DNA of 64,000 nucleotides, taken from positions 62,001 to 126,000 of the forward strand of contig CAJNYD010000069.1 in the NCBI GenBank assembly GCA_905331295.1. Direction: 5' to 3'. Position 1 is the first letter of the stretch. The number at the start of each line of letters is the position of its first letter. Both the position numbers and the translations under genes were made by a program. The notes beneath the pieces are model-generated. The model searched no databases, was not told the origin of the DNA, and saw nothing but the letters and a program-made list of their open reading frames with translations. The DNA is from Rotaria socialis. Lineage: Eukaryota. Shown here piece after piece: positions 40,501-53,770 of this stretch.

Positions 40501-42196
40501 TTTTTTGTGTAAAACAATGTCATTTTTTTTCAAAATAAATCTATTGATAGGTGTCTTCAATGACTATTGTAATGAATATCTACCTGATTTATATGAAAAA
40601 TTGAAAATTCTCGGTGTTGCTACTTGTATAAGCCTTTCGTGGTTTTTAACATTGTTTATTTGGTAAGAAGGTCGATCTGTTTTTCACTTCTAGGATGTCA
40701 TTTTTTTATTTAGTGTAATACCATTTGAACCCGCGTTATATGTTATTGATATATTTTTTTATGATGGTATCAAAGTACTTTTTCAATTAGCATTAACTAT
40801 ATTAAAAGAAAATCAAGATCGCCTATTGCAATGTCATGATGATGGTGATGCTATTATGATATTAACATCCTATTTAGATGCTCTAACTGATGAAGATGAA
40901 AAAGAAAAAAAAATTGTTCGTCTAATAAAACAATCTTATGAAGATTATAATGATATTAATGAAGAAGATATCAATCGTTTACGTTTAAAACATCGTCTAA
41001 AAGTTGTACAAACCATGGCTGAATCGATTTTACAATCAGCTGCAAAGAATACATTAAAATATACATCATTTACTGAATATGAATTAAAAGATTTGTTTTA
41101 TGTTTTTAAAGTAAAAACAAAGTAATGAATGAATAAAAATAATTTTTTTTCTTACTTACTTAGGATGCATCACGTATATCATTAACAGAAGCAATAGATC
41201 CAAGAAAACTAGCGTATGAAACCTATCGTATCGGTCGCAGTGAATATTTAGTGTTATGTAAATATTTATCACCGTGGTTTATTGGTGAACATCCAGAAGA
41301 TTTAGCAAAGAGATTATTTGATGTAATTAAAGTTTAATTTTATTATTTATTTTCAATTGTTTTCTTTTCAAGACGTATTCGATATCGGCCAATTCAAATG
41401 AAATGGATTTTATTAATTTTATCCGTTTATGGAATATTTTATTAAATGGAGAGTTTAATGATAAATTAAGACTTATATTTATTGCTCATATAGAAGGTAA
41501 ATTAATTTAATCATTGCTTGTAAATTTGAAAAAGTTATTTTCAATTATTAGAAGGAAAACGACGAGATAAAGCTATTTCAACACTCTTAGAACCAACAAC
41601 AATGTATCCTGTATCGAAGACTAGTGATAACAAACAAACAGAAGCAGCGACCTCTACTGAACAGACTTCGACTTCGGTTGAACCAAAAGAAGAAGAAAAT
41701 GTTAAAATTAAACTCAGTCTATTGCCACTCATGAATCAGGTAGAAACTAATATTTGTTTTTAAGTATGCATTGAGACTAGAACTTCTAAAACCATTTATA
41801 TGATTATTTCAGACGGAATTTATACATCTATGCAAAACTATGTACAATTTAATGACAAGTGCTGCTGACGATGAAAATCTATTTCATGCATTGACAACTT
41901 CAAGTACAATTCTTTTTAAAACTGGTACGCTCTTTGTTGTTTTTATAAATACTTTTTTCTCATCACTTGAGACTTTTGTTTTGGAATTAACAGGTGAAAT
42001 GTGTAAACCCTATCGCGGACTAGAAGATGATAATGAAAATTCTGACGAAACAAATAATCAATGGACACTTAGTTTTGAACAATTTTCAGCAGCTATGAAT
42101 GCTGAAACACCTATTGTGACATGGTTCGAATCGAATACTCAACAACAATCTCTTGAACAACGTATTCATAATTATAATCAAGATTTTCTGCGATAA
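37594..42196 (+). CDS. TBC1D9: TBC1 domain family member 8/9-like Rab-GAP (two GRAM domains, TBC domain, EF-hand region); more than 20 short exons
   Basis: MWVKPSEIL...[19 protein letters not shown]-terminus, [37 protein letters not shown] catalytic IERDLYR and [27 protein letters not shown]. Confidence 0.92.
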
Positions 42197-42361
42197 ACAT
42201 TTGTTCTCTTTGCAATTGTACGATGTACAGTGATATAATTTGTCTTAAAAATAAACATCGTAGTGGTGCGAATACTAATTTTTCTTTTTTGTTTTTGAAA
42301 ACATAAAATAAAAGACAATAATGCAACGGTTTTTATTTTTCGTTGTTTATAGAAAACAATT

Positions 42362-45294
42362 ATGGATCGTTTAAATACAATAATAAACGATCTTATTATA
42401 TCGAATGAATTCGATTTAATTATACCTGTTATTAAAGCAGGCCTTTTAACACTCGTACGTGATCATTATCTATCAGAATTTATAACAACTATTGAACAAA
42501 TAACAAGTCAGCCGATCAATACATATCATATGGCATTTGTTAATTTTAATAAACAACTAATTGATATTGAAAATTATCTTAAAACACTATTTCAAACACT
42601 TGAAAAGCAGTATAATTTGAAACTATTCAATATTCAAGACTTTATGATTAAATTACCATATAATGCTGTCAAAGAACAATTATTACATACGACAAACATA
42701 ATTAAATCCACATTTTACGAGAAATTTATTGATATATTTGAATATTATCTAGCTGCATATGCGTCACAACATGCTCGGATTGCTTGTGCTGAATTATTAA
42801 AAAGTTTGTTTCTAAAAAAAACTACGATATAAAAATCAAAAAAAAAGGAGAACACTGGACATTTCATATAAATTTATTCTAAACCAATCATTTTCGTATA
42901 CTGATATGATACTAAATATTTTCTGTTAATCAATAGATACAACAACTTGTTCATTTTGTAAATTAACATTATCATCTGGATGTAAATGTGTTGAATTACA
43001 AGAACAATTTGATATTATTATTTTTATTCTGTAAGAAAACAAGCCGAAGAGAACAAACATGATCTATTAACTTCGTTTCTCTTTTAGTAAACGTCTTGGT
43101 CTTCTCTCTCGTGTTTGTCAAAGTGCAGCATTAGCTGCATGTCGACATCGAATTACTAATTTTATCAAACAAATATGTGAACAATATTCATCTCATGCAT
43201 GTTTACCACATCTCGAGCAGGTACAAACTAAGAAAATTATTTCTAACTGATAAAAGTTGGATTTGTTTTTTCTTTTCGTTCTAGTGGTTTGAAACAGGTG
43301 TTATAACATGGGTTAGTATACTTGAATTGCACTGTACTAATTATTTTGATAATAATGATGATAAAGAACAATCAACTTTTAAAATTGATTTATCATCATG
43401 TCGAACAGAATTAAAACATCATATCTATGGATGTGTTATGAATGAAAGAGGTGCTCGACATATGTTTCAAATAATTATCGATTATCCAGAATCACGTGCC
43501 GGAGGAGTATTAGATGATCTCAAACGTTGTGTATCGATTGTTGGTAAACGTCACTTAATTATTGATAATGTACGGCATGAATTTAATAAACGTCTTTTAC
43601 ATCCTGGTGTTGGTACAACAGAGATTTTAGCTGCATTTATAAATGCTATACGAGTTTTGCGTTATCTTGATTCAACTGGCGTTATGATGGAATTAGCATG
43701 TCATAATGTGAAACAATTTTTAGCGTATGTATCCGTATTTTTAGAAACGTTTTCTTTTATTCTACTTGGTTTTAGACGACGTGAAGATACAATTCGTGTT
43801 ATTGTTAGTAATATGAATGAACATGGTGTATTAGAATTAAATGAATTGACACAAGGTTTGCTGATTGATGATGTCAAGAACTTGTTTACGATGAATCCTT
43901 CTTTTATTTTCTAGCTGATGGTGTTGCAAATACTCGATCAAGTCAATGTTTTCTTGACGACGAATGGGAACCAGAACCAATTGAAGCATTGACAGGTATT
44001 ATCGACATTCTAGTTGAATATTTTTGAGGAATATGAGCTGATTTTTTTAGCTCCTGAACGTGCTCTTCGTCCATCACATTCGCGTGATTTAATGTCTATG
44101 CTTGTATCAATTTATGGTCACGCAGAATTATTTGTTGAAGAATATATTCATATGCTAGCCGATCGTATGCTATCTGGACAATCGAATAAAGTTGATATTG
44201 AACATGAAGGTCGTTATGTTGATTTATTAAAACAACGTTTTGGTGATGGTGGTTTACAAGGTTGTGATGTTATGCTCAAAGATTATGTTGATTCACGTCT
44301 CATGAATGATTTAGTTAAAAAACAATTAGCACATGTTCATTTTCCACTTGCAAGTACGGCTGGTGTACCTATAAACACATTAATTATATCAAGTCAATAT
44401 TGGCCAGAAGTAAAATTTTCACCTATTGATTTACCCGATGAATTGAAAGCAATTCAAGTAGCATATACAACAGCCTATGAAACATTAAAACCACATCGAA
44501 CATTACATTGGAGTCCTAACTATGGTAATCGCTCTTTTCATAAAATGTCGTTTTAGACGATTTTATTTTTCCTAGGACAAGTTAATCTTGAAATTGAAAT
44601 TGGTGGTAAAACATTAGAATTTAGTGTAACACCATTTCATGCAGCTATTATTTATAAATTTCAAGAGAAGGGTAAATAAAAGCAAAAGACAAAAAAATTT
44701 TTTCAACTGAAAATTTTCTTGTAGAGACTTGGACTATCAGTGATCTAAGTTCATCATTGAAATGTTCAACAGCTTGTATACGTAAACGAATAAATCTCTG
44801 GCAAAATTGTGGTCTACTGAAAGAAGAAGCTAAAGATACATTTCGTTTAGTTGAAGATACTTCAAAAGTAGCTTCAAATAGTTCATCTCAAGCGCCAGCA
44901 CTATTAAGTGTTGATGTTGACGACATGAATGTTGAACATCAAGCTGAGCCTGATAAAAAAGAGCATGAACACACGGTATGTTATTTCATTTTAGCTGTAA
45001 AAACAATGTTCGCTTTTTTTTACATTATATTATGTTTAGATTGTATGTAATTTTGTCTTTGCTATGCTTCGTTCAAAGACATCATTAACATTAGAAAGGA
45101 TTTATTCTTTATTATGTGTCTATGCATTTCATGGACAACATGAACGAACATTAATTGATGTCAGAAATATACTTGATGCGAAAGTTAAATCAAATCAATT
45201 GTTATATACAGATGGATTTTATACATTACCACCAAATCAAGGAACAACTTCAACATCACCGGTTTCAGCAAACGAGAATATGCTTGTAGATTAA
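42362..45294 (+). CDS. ANAPC2: Anaphase-promoting complex subunit 2 (cullin-like); multi-exon
   Basis: CxxC...CxC module, FQIIIDYPES, RLLHPG, RRREDTIRVIV, WEPEP, LVSIYG..ELFVEEY, LLKQRFG...CDVMLKD, C-terminal winged-helix (LERIYSLL). Confidence 0.9.
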
Positions 45295-45570
45295 ATCATG
45301 CTTAAAAGACGAACAACATAGATTAATTTGTTTGTATATATTGAAATATGATCGATGCCAAAACAAATAAAACTATTTTCTCTTTTTTTTTTGCATTAAA
45401 TAAAAAGCTGAGCTATAACTCTAAACTTTTGAGATGAGAGATCGAGACAGAAGGAGCCGTGAACTTGGAAAAATGCAAACTTTCTCTAAAACCAAATGAT
45501 TTCAGGGCAATTTTATATTTTCTGTTTGTTTTGCTTCTTTTCGTTACACACAAACATTAAAAATAACGTG

Positions 45571-46952
45571 TCAGTTCTTACAAGAACTTGCATCATACTC
45601 AAAAGCGAGTACACGTTTCTTACTCTGTTCAACTACAAACAAATTCCAGTCACGATCGAATTTCATCCCAGCAGTCCATTGGATAGATGTTGTACCACTT
45701 AGTACTTCACCTTGTTTTGCATCTTTGGCCCATTTCACGATACGCTTGTTATAGGTATCACCTATGAATAGTGAACCTAGAAAGAAAACGAGACGAGTTT
45801 ACATCAGAATATACCTTTTTTCTAGAAGAATTGACTTAGACTCTTTAAAAAAAAATCGGTTTACGATGAGGATAGCTGCCAAGAGTTAAATGCGGATGCG
45901 CTGTGAAGATAAGACTGACCAAATGATTTGTCTTCTTTTTCTCTTGATTCTCCACAATAAAATGGGTATTGGAAAAGATCAGTTAGATGTCGATGAGGGG
46001 GACTAGTTGAGAATCGATTATTGGGATATGAATATTTATAGGGACGAATCGACTATCATTTATAATCAGAGAGTGAGGACATGCTTTTAGAACTGACCTG
46101 TTGTTGAATCAACCAGTACTTGATAGGGCCCAGACAATTGATTTAATCCACTGCCAGTTCCTTGTCCACCAGCGACTGTCACACCTCCCGTTATTGAACT
46201 CGAACGATACTTCAATATACGGTTACTATGCGTATCACTTACATACACTGCATCATCACCATCTTCATCAACATAGACACTAGAAGGGGAGCCTATTTCA
46301 CCTTGACCAATTACTTGGATTCCTTGATTATTAGCCAAATACTTCACAATACGATTCTTTCCCAAATCACCAACATATACATTTCCTTTACGATCAACAT
46401 AGATACCCATCGGTGACTCTAAAAACTGATGATCAGCTACAATTTTCATTGTTTTGCCATCTTTTGACAATTTTTTCACTGTATTATCTGCATGATCTGA
46501 GAAATAGATAGCGTCATCATCGAACTGATTGACAAAGACACTGATAGGGATTAGATCTTTGGTGGTGTAGAGTGTTGTAACACGACCATCTTCGTAGAAT
46601 TTTCGTACACTTTGCGTACCAAGATCAGTAACGATGATGCTACCTTCACTATCGAATGCAATATCAATAGGATCTTGTATTTGCTGTTGAGTACTAGAGT
46701 CGAGAGGGATGACTGTGAGAGGTTTAGAATTCCAGGTTGCTTTTGAACAGAGTGAAACTAGGTAATCAACAAAATAAGGTGAAATCAAGTGTGAAAGAAA
46801 AGTGATTTCACTATTACCTTTTTTTATAGGTGTACTGTTACTATGGATGAGACTACAATGTAAAATGTGAAAAATACTTGGAAAATTTCAAGAAATCATA
46901 GCCTGTTGAATACTTGCAGTCCATAAAAAAGCGCGAGCACAGAGAACTTCAT
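45571..46952 (-). CDS. Secreted NHL-repeat (6-bladed beta-propeller) protein; main exons 46757-46098 and 45776-45571; 5' exons uncertain
   Basis: Repeats P.GI.VD..GNVYV.D...NRI.K, TVAGGQGTGSGLNQLSGP; last exon SLFIGDTYNKRIVKW...CKN*. I could not build a clean start-exon model. Confidence 0.75.
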
Positions 46953-48393
46953 TGTGTAACTTTTATAGTACTAGCAAACTTATTTTTATTAAAGAAAAGA
47001 AAAAAAGGTTGAGTAAGAGCAAGGGATGTTTTTCGATTATTTCGAATGGCGTTGCATATTAAAATGGAAAAGAACAGGCTTAGTGAATGCAAACGAAATG
47101 AAAATTGAAGATTTAAAGAATACGTTGGAAGGCGAGTGATATTAGTGTGCTTTTACCAGGTGCATCTGTCGAAATTCTAATTTAGGCATAAGCTAGACTT
47201 GGCAAGTGTCTTAATTATCATTTTAGCGAATATTCACAATATCTAGTTTACACTGATAAAAAAAGCGCCGAATGATAAACGTTTAAAGCGTTTATGAAAA
47301 TGCAACGTATGATATATCCTTTTCTACCGTTTAGTAGCATGCGATAAATCCTTTTATTTGCCCATCAAAAGACGAAATAAAACGGTTTATCATAGTGTTT
47401 ATATGACTGAACAACTTTAAAAGGGTGTATCATACGTTGAATTTTCATAAACCCTATCGAAGGTGTTAGAGAGTACTCTAACAAGTTATTTATTTATTTA
47501 TTCATTCTTATACATTCTTGTTTCGTCTTTATACGTTATGTATTTCTTATATATCCAATTCAACTCGAGATGCACATATGTCAACCGCTCTTTTTCATTC
47601 TTGCTTTCCTCTCTCTGCATATCTCTCTTGAGGGTGTGTGCATGTGGGTTGTATACTATAAATAGGAAAAAAAGAATAATAAAGAAAAGATTCAGATTAG
47701 GAATCGAAAATAGGAAATTTGCTGTTGATTGGTTAAATAGAAACATAAATTTCTATTTTGTGAATTGCGTTAAGTTACAACGGGGTCTCTTTAACACTTT
47801 CTATCTGAGTTTTTTCAATATCTTCATGTTAAACACAAAAATGCATGTTTATCTTTCCTCATTTTTGCTGTCGTTATTATCTACACCGCTATATTGCAAA
47901 AATCAAACACATCGCTAATGTAAAAAATATCGATGATCGAATAAGACTACTTACCAGCCGATATCAAAATGCTTACTTTTTAATGTCAGTCTGCAAGAGA
48001 TATTACTTTGTATATGTAGGTGTTACATATTTTTTCTTTTTTTCTAACATAAAGTGTTTACCTGAGTTAATGAAGTGTAACTCAAATTTCCCTACTTCTT
48101 ATTTTCGCACATCAAAACATTGTTTCATGTACACCGCATGTTCACCAAATAAGTGATCTATATTTTCCTTTCAGTTGTGACCAGTACAAAAAAAAACGAT
48201 GAGCATCTTACTATTTCTTTTCATCAAGTTAGCGCGTGGGTGACTGTATAAAATAACATTAACCATATCCAGACCCTCACACCGACACCTTGATCAAAAT
48301 CATCATAGAATACACTCTTATGATCTTGAAGTTACTGATTATTTCGAATTTACATCATATGATCAAATTATTGGTCAACCGAAGGGATTCAAA

Positions 48394-49035
48394 ATGAATT
48401 TTGATATGTCAATTACATCAGATTCAGTTCTACTTGATCCGAGTATATCATCAATATTAAAGCACAACAAACATAGTAGACAAATTAAAAATGTTACAAC
48501 AAGTATTTCTTCGAAAAAATCTCGAAAAAGAATACTACTGGTAGTGATGTATTTCTCTTAATAAATTGTATCAACTATTTATTTTATTGTTTCTGCTTTA
48601 GTACGAAAATAATGAAGTAATATCGTTGCCAACGTATTCCGATTTGATCGCTCAGGGTTTATAATCTCGAGTTAAATTGAATCTGAATTAGGACTTTTGC
48701 TTTATTATTTTGTTATAGAATCGTTCCTAGCTATTCAACAGGTATTTTTACGACAAACATGTGCTTATTTTGTTCAACAATATCCTGATTGTACTTCGCG
48801 AATAACTAACCATTCATTCATCATGGCTCTCACGCAAAAATTTCCAGCATTGAATGTTTTAGACAAGAATGTCGATGGAATGAACGGTATAGCATCATGT
48901 GTAAGATTGATCGAAGAACTCTTCAAAATTAAAAAGGGAGTCTTCATATAGAAAAAGAAACTATTTTCTTCAACTTATAGCATACAATATCTCGTCTACG
49001 TTCTCGAAAAAAACGTAACATGAAATATTCATTAT
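48394..49035 (+). CDS. Uncharacterised multi-exon gene or gene fragment; ends uncertain
   Basis: Open segments (48394-48540, ~48602-48655, ~48719-48900) separated by ~60-nt GT-AG introns, e.g. ESFLAIQQVFLRQTCAYFVQQYP; no family recognised. Confidence 0.35.
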
Positions 49036-49857
49036 GTATGAACGTAATTGTAAATTAGATTTTCTTCAGCCATACGTCAATTATCGGAAAAATCATGTCA
49101 CGGCTCAGGTCGGTCTCTGGTTCTTCTTCAATTCCCTTTTTCGAGATGGAAGAACCCCAACTTCTCCAAGACTTCCCTGAGACATTCTGATCCCCGCATG
49201 TTGATAACTTGCTTATTTCTATTCTTGTTCTCTGCATGTGTTGCAACGCATTTTCTCTTTCAGTGGACTTTTTTGTTTTTGTTATTGTTTTTTGTTATTG
49301 TCTTCATTGTTCGTTTTAATTGCTGTTTCAGTTACTGTTCTTATGTCGCCTTCGGGTTATAACTTGATATCTTTTCTCCACCATTTTCTCATTCTCATTT
49401 TCCTCATTATTATCTTTCTCTATTCCCGATGCTATAAGGATCTTTCTCGGATCACAGCTTTGCTGCATAATAAAAAAAATTGTAAATTAGATTTTAATTC
49501 AATTTGGCTGCGGTGCTACCCTTTCTATTCCAATGATCAATGCCAATACACGCACACCCACACGGAACAAAAACCCTGTTTCCAACTCATATACGGAGAA
49601 AAGGTTTTGTGTCTCGTTGCAGAATCATAAACTTTTTTTTTGTTTAATACTCTATCAAAAATTTTCTTTTCTGTTTATTAATTTGCGAACTTCTTTTTAC
49701 AGTATATTTGTAAATAAAGATTGTTTTGAATCATATGGTTTATCTGTCTGCCCACGTCAGCATATAAGTCAACATGAATTGTCTACCTGGCAAGTATATA
49801 AAGAAAAACGTTTCACTATAGTTAAAAACTGATAGTATTATCAAAGTATATGTAGTG

Positions 49858-50583
49858 ATGATGACAACAAACTATAGAACTGGTGTTGATTTTGATTTTG
49901 TTTTTAATATATCAATTGTTGGTGATAGTGGTGTTGGGTATAGTAGTTTTCTTCTCATAGATGTATTGAACAATTAGATTCTTTAGGAAAACGACAATTT
50001 TGCAAAGATTCGCGCAAAATACATTTTCAACAGGCAATGTAGCGACGATCGGTTATGGTTATTATTTTATATTTATTACTATTCGTATATTTTTCTATAT
50101 TTTTATTTATGAATAGATGTACAAATTCGAACATTAGAAATCGATTCTACGCGGTGCAAATTAGTAATATCGGATCTAGGTGGTCAAGATAGTTTCAAAT
50201 ATGCTCTATCATCTTTTTATCGTAATGCCAATGGTATTGTCATTTGTTTTGATATAATAAATTTAGAAAGTTTTCATAATGTTAATAACTGGCTTGAAAA
50301 TGTTCAACGATTGTGCCGTGAACAAACACCTATATTTCTTGTTGGTACAAAATCTGATTTGAAATTGAGACGCAAGATATCGCATGAAATGATTGAAGCT
50401 TATGCGAAAAAAAATAATTTGTCCTATGTTGAAACAAGTTCAAAAACAAATGAAAATGTTGAAGAATGTTTTGTTCATTTTACACGAATTTTAATGGTTC
50501 ACATTCATCAAAGAGATGGATCGACTATTGATTTAAATAATAGACAAAAAACAGTTACGAATCTAGAAACTAGTGGATGCTGA
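49858..50583 (+). CDS. Divergent Rab-family small GTPase (Rab1-like); exons 49858-49937, 49987-50051, 50116-50583 (approx.)
   Basis: P-loop GDSGVGKT, switch II DLGGQ, FYRNANG, G4 TKSD, G5 ETSSK and C-terminal Cys. Confidence 0.85.
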
Positions 50584-50733
50584 AGATGAGACGATATTGA
50601 AGCCATCTAGTTCACACAGCAAACACCCGATCAAGTCTGAAAAACATTGCTAGTAATCCTGTCTCTCAAGTCAAGACTGAATTCATTCAGTTTAGTTTCA
50701 AAGTCAATTGTCAAATCTTTTTATTTAAAAGAA

Positions 50734-53218
50734 CTAAGTCATAATATTGAATATAAAGAATGATGCAGCAATAATAAAGAAAGATCTAGTTGTTGTGATG
50801 CATTCATTTGGTAACGGCTGATTCTCGTACTTCTCTAACCCGTATTTCTGTAACCATTTAAGTTCTTCTCGAACTTTTATTTTACCATTCCAAGGATCAT
50901 TCTCAATGCCATGTCCTTCATTTGGAAAAACTAACAATTGCACGGGCATGCCCAAATAGTAAAGGCCACGTTCTAACATATAACTTTGATCAGGGTCGAC
51001 TCGTGTATCACTCTGGCCCGTAACAATATGTGTCGGTGTGCGTACTTTATTCAACTGATAGATTGATGATTCTTTTTGATAGATTTTTGGTACCTCCCAA
51101 GGAAAACCTCCATGTAAATAACTGAGAAGTACTGGCAAATCCATTGTACCCCAGCTTGATACATGTTCAGTACTACCAGCACCCGACAAAGCAGCATTGA
51201 ATCGTGTCGTTTGAGTAATCAGCCAATTTGTTAGAAAACCACCATAACTGTAGCCGCCAACTGCAAGCCTTTTCGAATCGGTTATGCCATCTTCTATAAG
51301 TTGATCAACTCCCATTAGAATATCTTCACCGGGCAATGACAGTAGTCGATGGCGAAATTCGCCGAGAAATTTATCACCGTATCCTGTTGATCCTCGATAG
51401 TTAGGTTCTAAAACGAGCCAACCTTCAGTGGCAGCTATCGTAGCCCAGTTGTTCCAATTGGCTTGAAGTTCATTTAGACTTGCTGCATTCGGACCGCCAT
51501 GAATTAGAACTAGGAGCGGTAAATTCTTTCCATTGGATTTTCCCGGTGGATAGTGTAAAACACCTTCTATTACTTGGTTATCTGCTGTATTTTTCCAGTA
51601 GTATGCTTTTACTTGAGGTAAATTGTGTTGTGTAAATAATACATTATTGCCCAGGTCAATGATTCCGGAGGACGGATACTGTAGGAACCGGCCGGAAAGA
51701 TGCGGAAAAATCACCGTATCTGGCCGGAAAGCATGGGAAAGCACTGGAAACTGGAAGCAGTATTCCAGTTGGAAGTTACCGGATTTTTTTCCTGTGGATT
51801 CCGGTCAGTTTCCTGTGTTTTCCGGTCAGTTTTCTGTGTTTTACATCTGAAAGTTGATCGGAATCTACAGGAAGAAAATCCGGTAACTTCCAACTGGAAT
51901 ACTGCTTCCAGTTTCCAGCGCTTTCCTGTGCTTTCCGGCCGTTTCCCGCCGTACGTCCACGACCTGGGTGTTTGTAATCGCTTTAGCTGACATAAGTTGA
52001 TCGATACTATCAGCCAAATATACTTCTTTTGGTTTTTCGAATGATGAAAATACAAATGCAACTGGGCCACCTGATTGATGTGATAACGAACTAAAACGTT
52101 CATAAGTTCCGTTCCATCCACGCTGCTGAATCGCGTCATCTGCTATTGACTCTTGTGTATAAACTTGAACATTGAGTCCCAACTGTCCTATGATGTGAAC
52201 ACCACCACCCGATTTAACTGTACATTGTGTGATAACACCATCAAAATTTTTTCCCCAATCGATCAACTTTCCCAGTAGTTAAATCCAATGAAAAAAGTCG
52301 TCGTTGAGTAGTTTGAACTTTACCTGAACTGAGTGCCCACAACCGATAGAATACATGTTTACCATCACTTGATAGTTTTAGTTCTTGTTCGACTCCTTCC
52401 ATGTTGGTCAATCTTGATAATGATGATAATGATGATGATGAACTATTCAATTGAATCGAGTATAATTCAAAATTGTCCAAATCTTCATATGACCTTCCTC
52501 GTGATGTAAAAATAAGCTGTTGTTGATATGGAACATACAACAGTTCGTTGACCGTCAAGGACACATTGGCTACAATACTGACATTTGCAAATAGAGGTAG
52601 ATTATTTGTATTAATAGTTATTCGATAGATCACACTATGTTCGCCAGGTGTAATCTGTCGATGGTTAATTACATTCTTCCATTCTACTCTATGTGCATCT
52701 TCTTCTTCTTTTGACCACATTGCCTGAGCAACAAAATAAAGGATTCTATCATCATCGGACCATGTGATAAATGATGGTTGTACAGTTCCGATTTCAACAG
52801 CAATGAGTTTCTCTGTAGTAACCGAATAGAAATACATGAGTTTCTCAGTAGTGTCTAATTTTTCAAATGAATGTCGAGAATTGTTTGTGATAGAATTGTT
52901 GTTTACAAAAAATGCTACCCATTTACCATCTGGTGACCATATTGGTGCAAAGTACTCGCTAACGTCTGCGATAATCAACCGCTTTTGCTGTTGCTGAATA
53001 TCATATAACCATAAATCGTGCGAATGAGAATTTGTCTCCCATGATGGTCGCAAAGTTTCAATGAGTAGATGTTGACCCGTCGGTGACAAGATCACGGTTG
53101 GATATTCAACATAATTGAAAAATTCATCTAACGTTAATTTGGGTTTGTCTTGTGCCGAAGAATAGGAAAAGAATTTCAACACAAGCAATAGAAATAGTAC
53201 AATTGAAAATTTTAACAT
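50734..53218 (-). pseudogene. Secreted S9 (prolyl oligopeptidase/acylaminoacyl peptidase) family peptidase, bacterial-like; carries a 1-nt frameshift at ~52245 and a MITE insertion at 51650-51968
   Basis: Signal peptide, WSPDGK propeller repeats, IHGGP, NYRGSTGYG, catalytic GYSYGG, D.RV, EGH. Removing one A in GGGGAAAAAATTTT and the MITE plus one TSD gives a single intronless ORF. Confidence 0.85.
51650..51968. mobile_element. 319-bp CCCAGG MITE (same family as 29567) with 2-bp TSD (TG), inserted in the S9 peptidase CDS
   Basis: cccaggtc...gacctggg flanked by tg/tg; near-perfect ~60-bp internal inverted repeat; excision restores ITNNNVLF. Confidence 0.92.
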
Positions 53219-53770
53219 TCTTCGTTGTAAATCTATAAAATTAGAATCATCTCCCAGTCTAATCGCATAATTTCAAAATGATCAGCTAAAATTCCTTATA
53301 GAAGCAATGAATTGCAAGTGACATGAAAGCTTCTAAGTACGTACTGAATCATTCTTTCTAAACAGCTCTGACGTCAATAGTATTGATATAACATTGTTAT
53401 TTGCGCAGATAAAGTTTAATCTGTATTTGCTTTTATCCCATCAGCAAGATGAAATAAATCTTCAATCGAGAAAAGGAGATTAATAGGCAACCAATGAAAG
53501 AAATCAATGTTTTTATCAAACATATCTTCATCAGACGACAATAATATGAGACCTATAAGATTACGAGACTGTGCTTATCTCTTTACTCACACCCACACTC
53601 TCAAGCAACCATTACTATGAGTGGCTCAGAATCCCAATAATAAGCCAAATGACATACGCGGTACTATCCATATTAAATCACTTCTATGTTTGCCGGTGTA
53701 TTTGTATTTTGTTTCTAATATATTGTATAAACAATCTGAATAGATATTTGCGTTAAACAGTACCTGTATT

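Noticed and set aside
47463..48156. Long F/L/I/Y-rich ORFs
   Set aside because: Non-ATG starts and composition typical of AT-rich non-coding DNA; no motifs.
51623..52139. Overlapping ORFs on both strands sharing WKLEAVFQLEVTGF
   Set aside because: A by-product of the MITE's internal inverted repeat.
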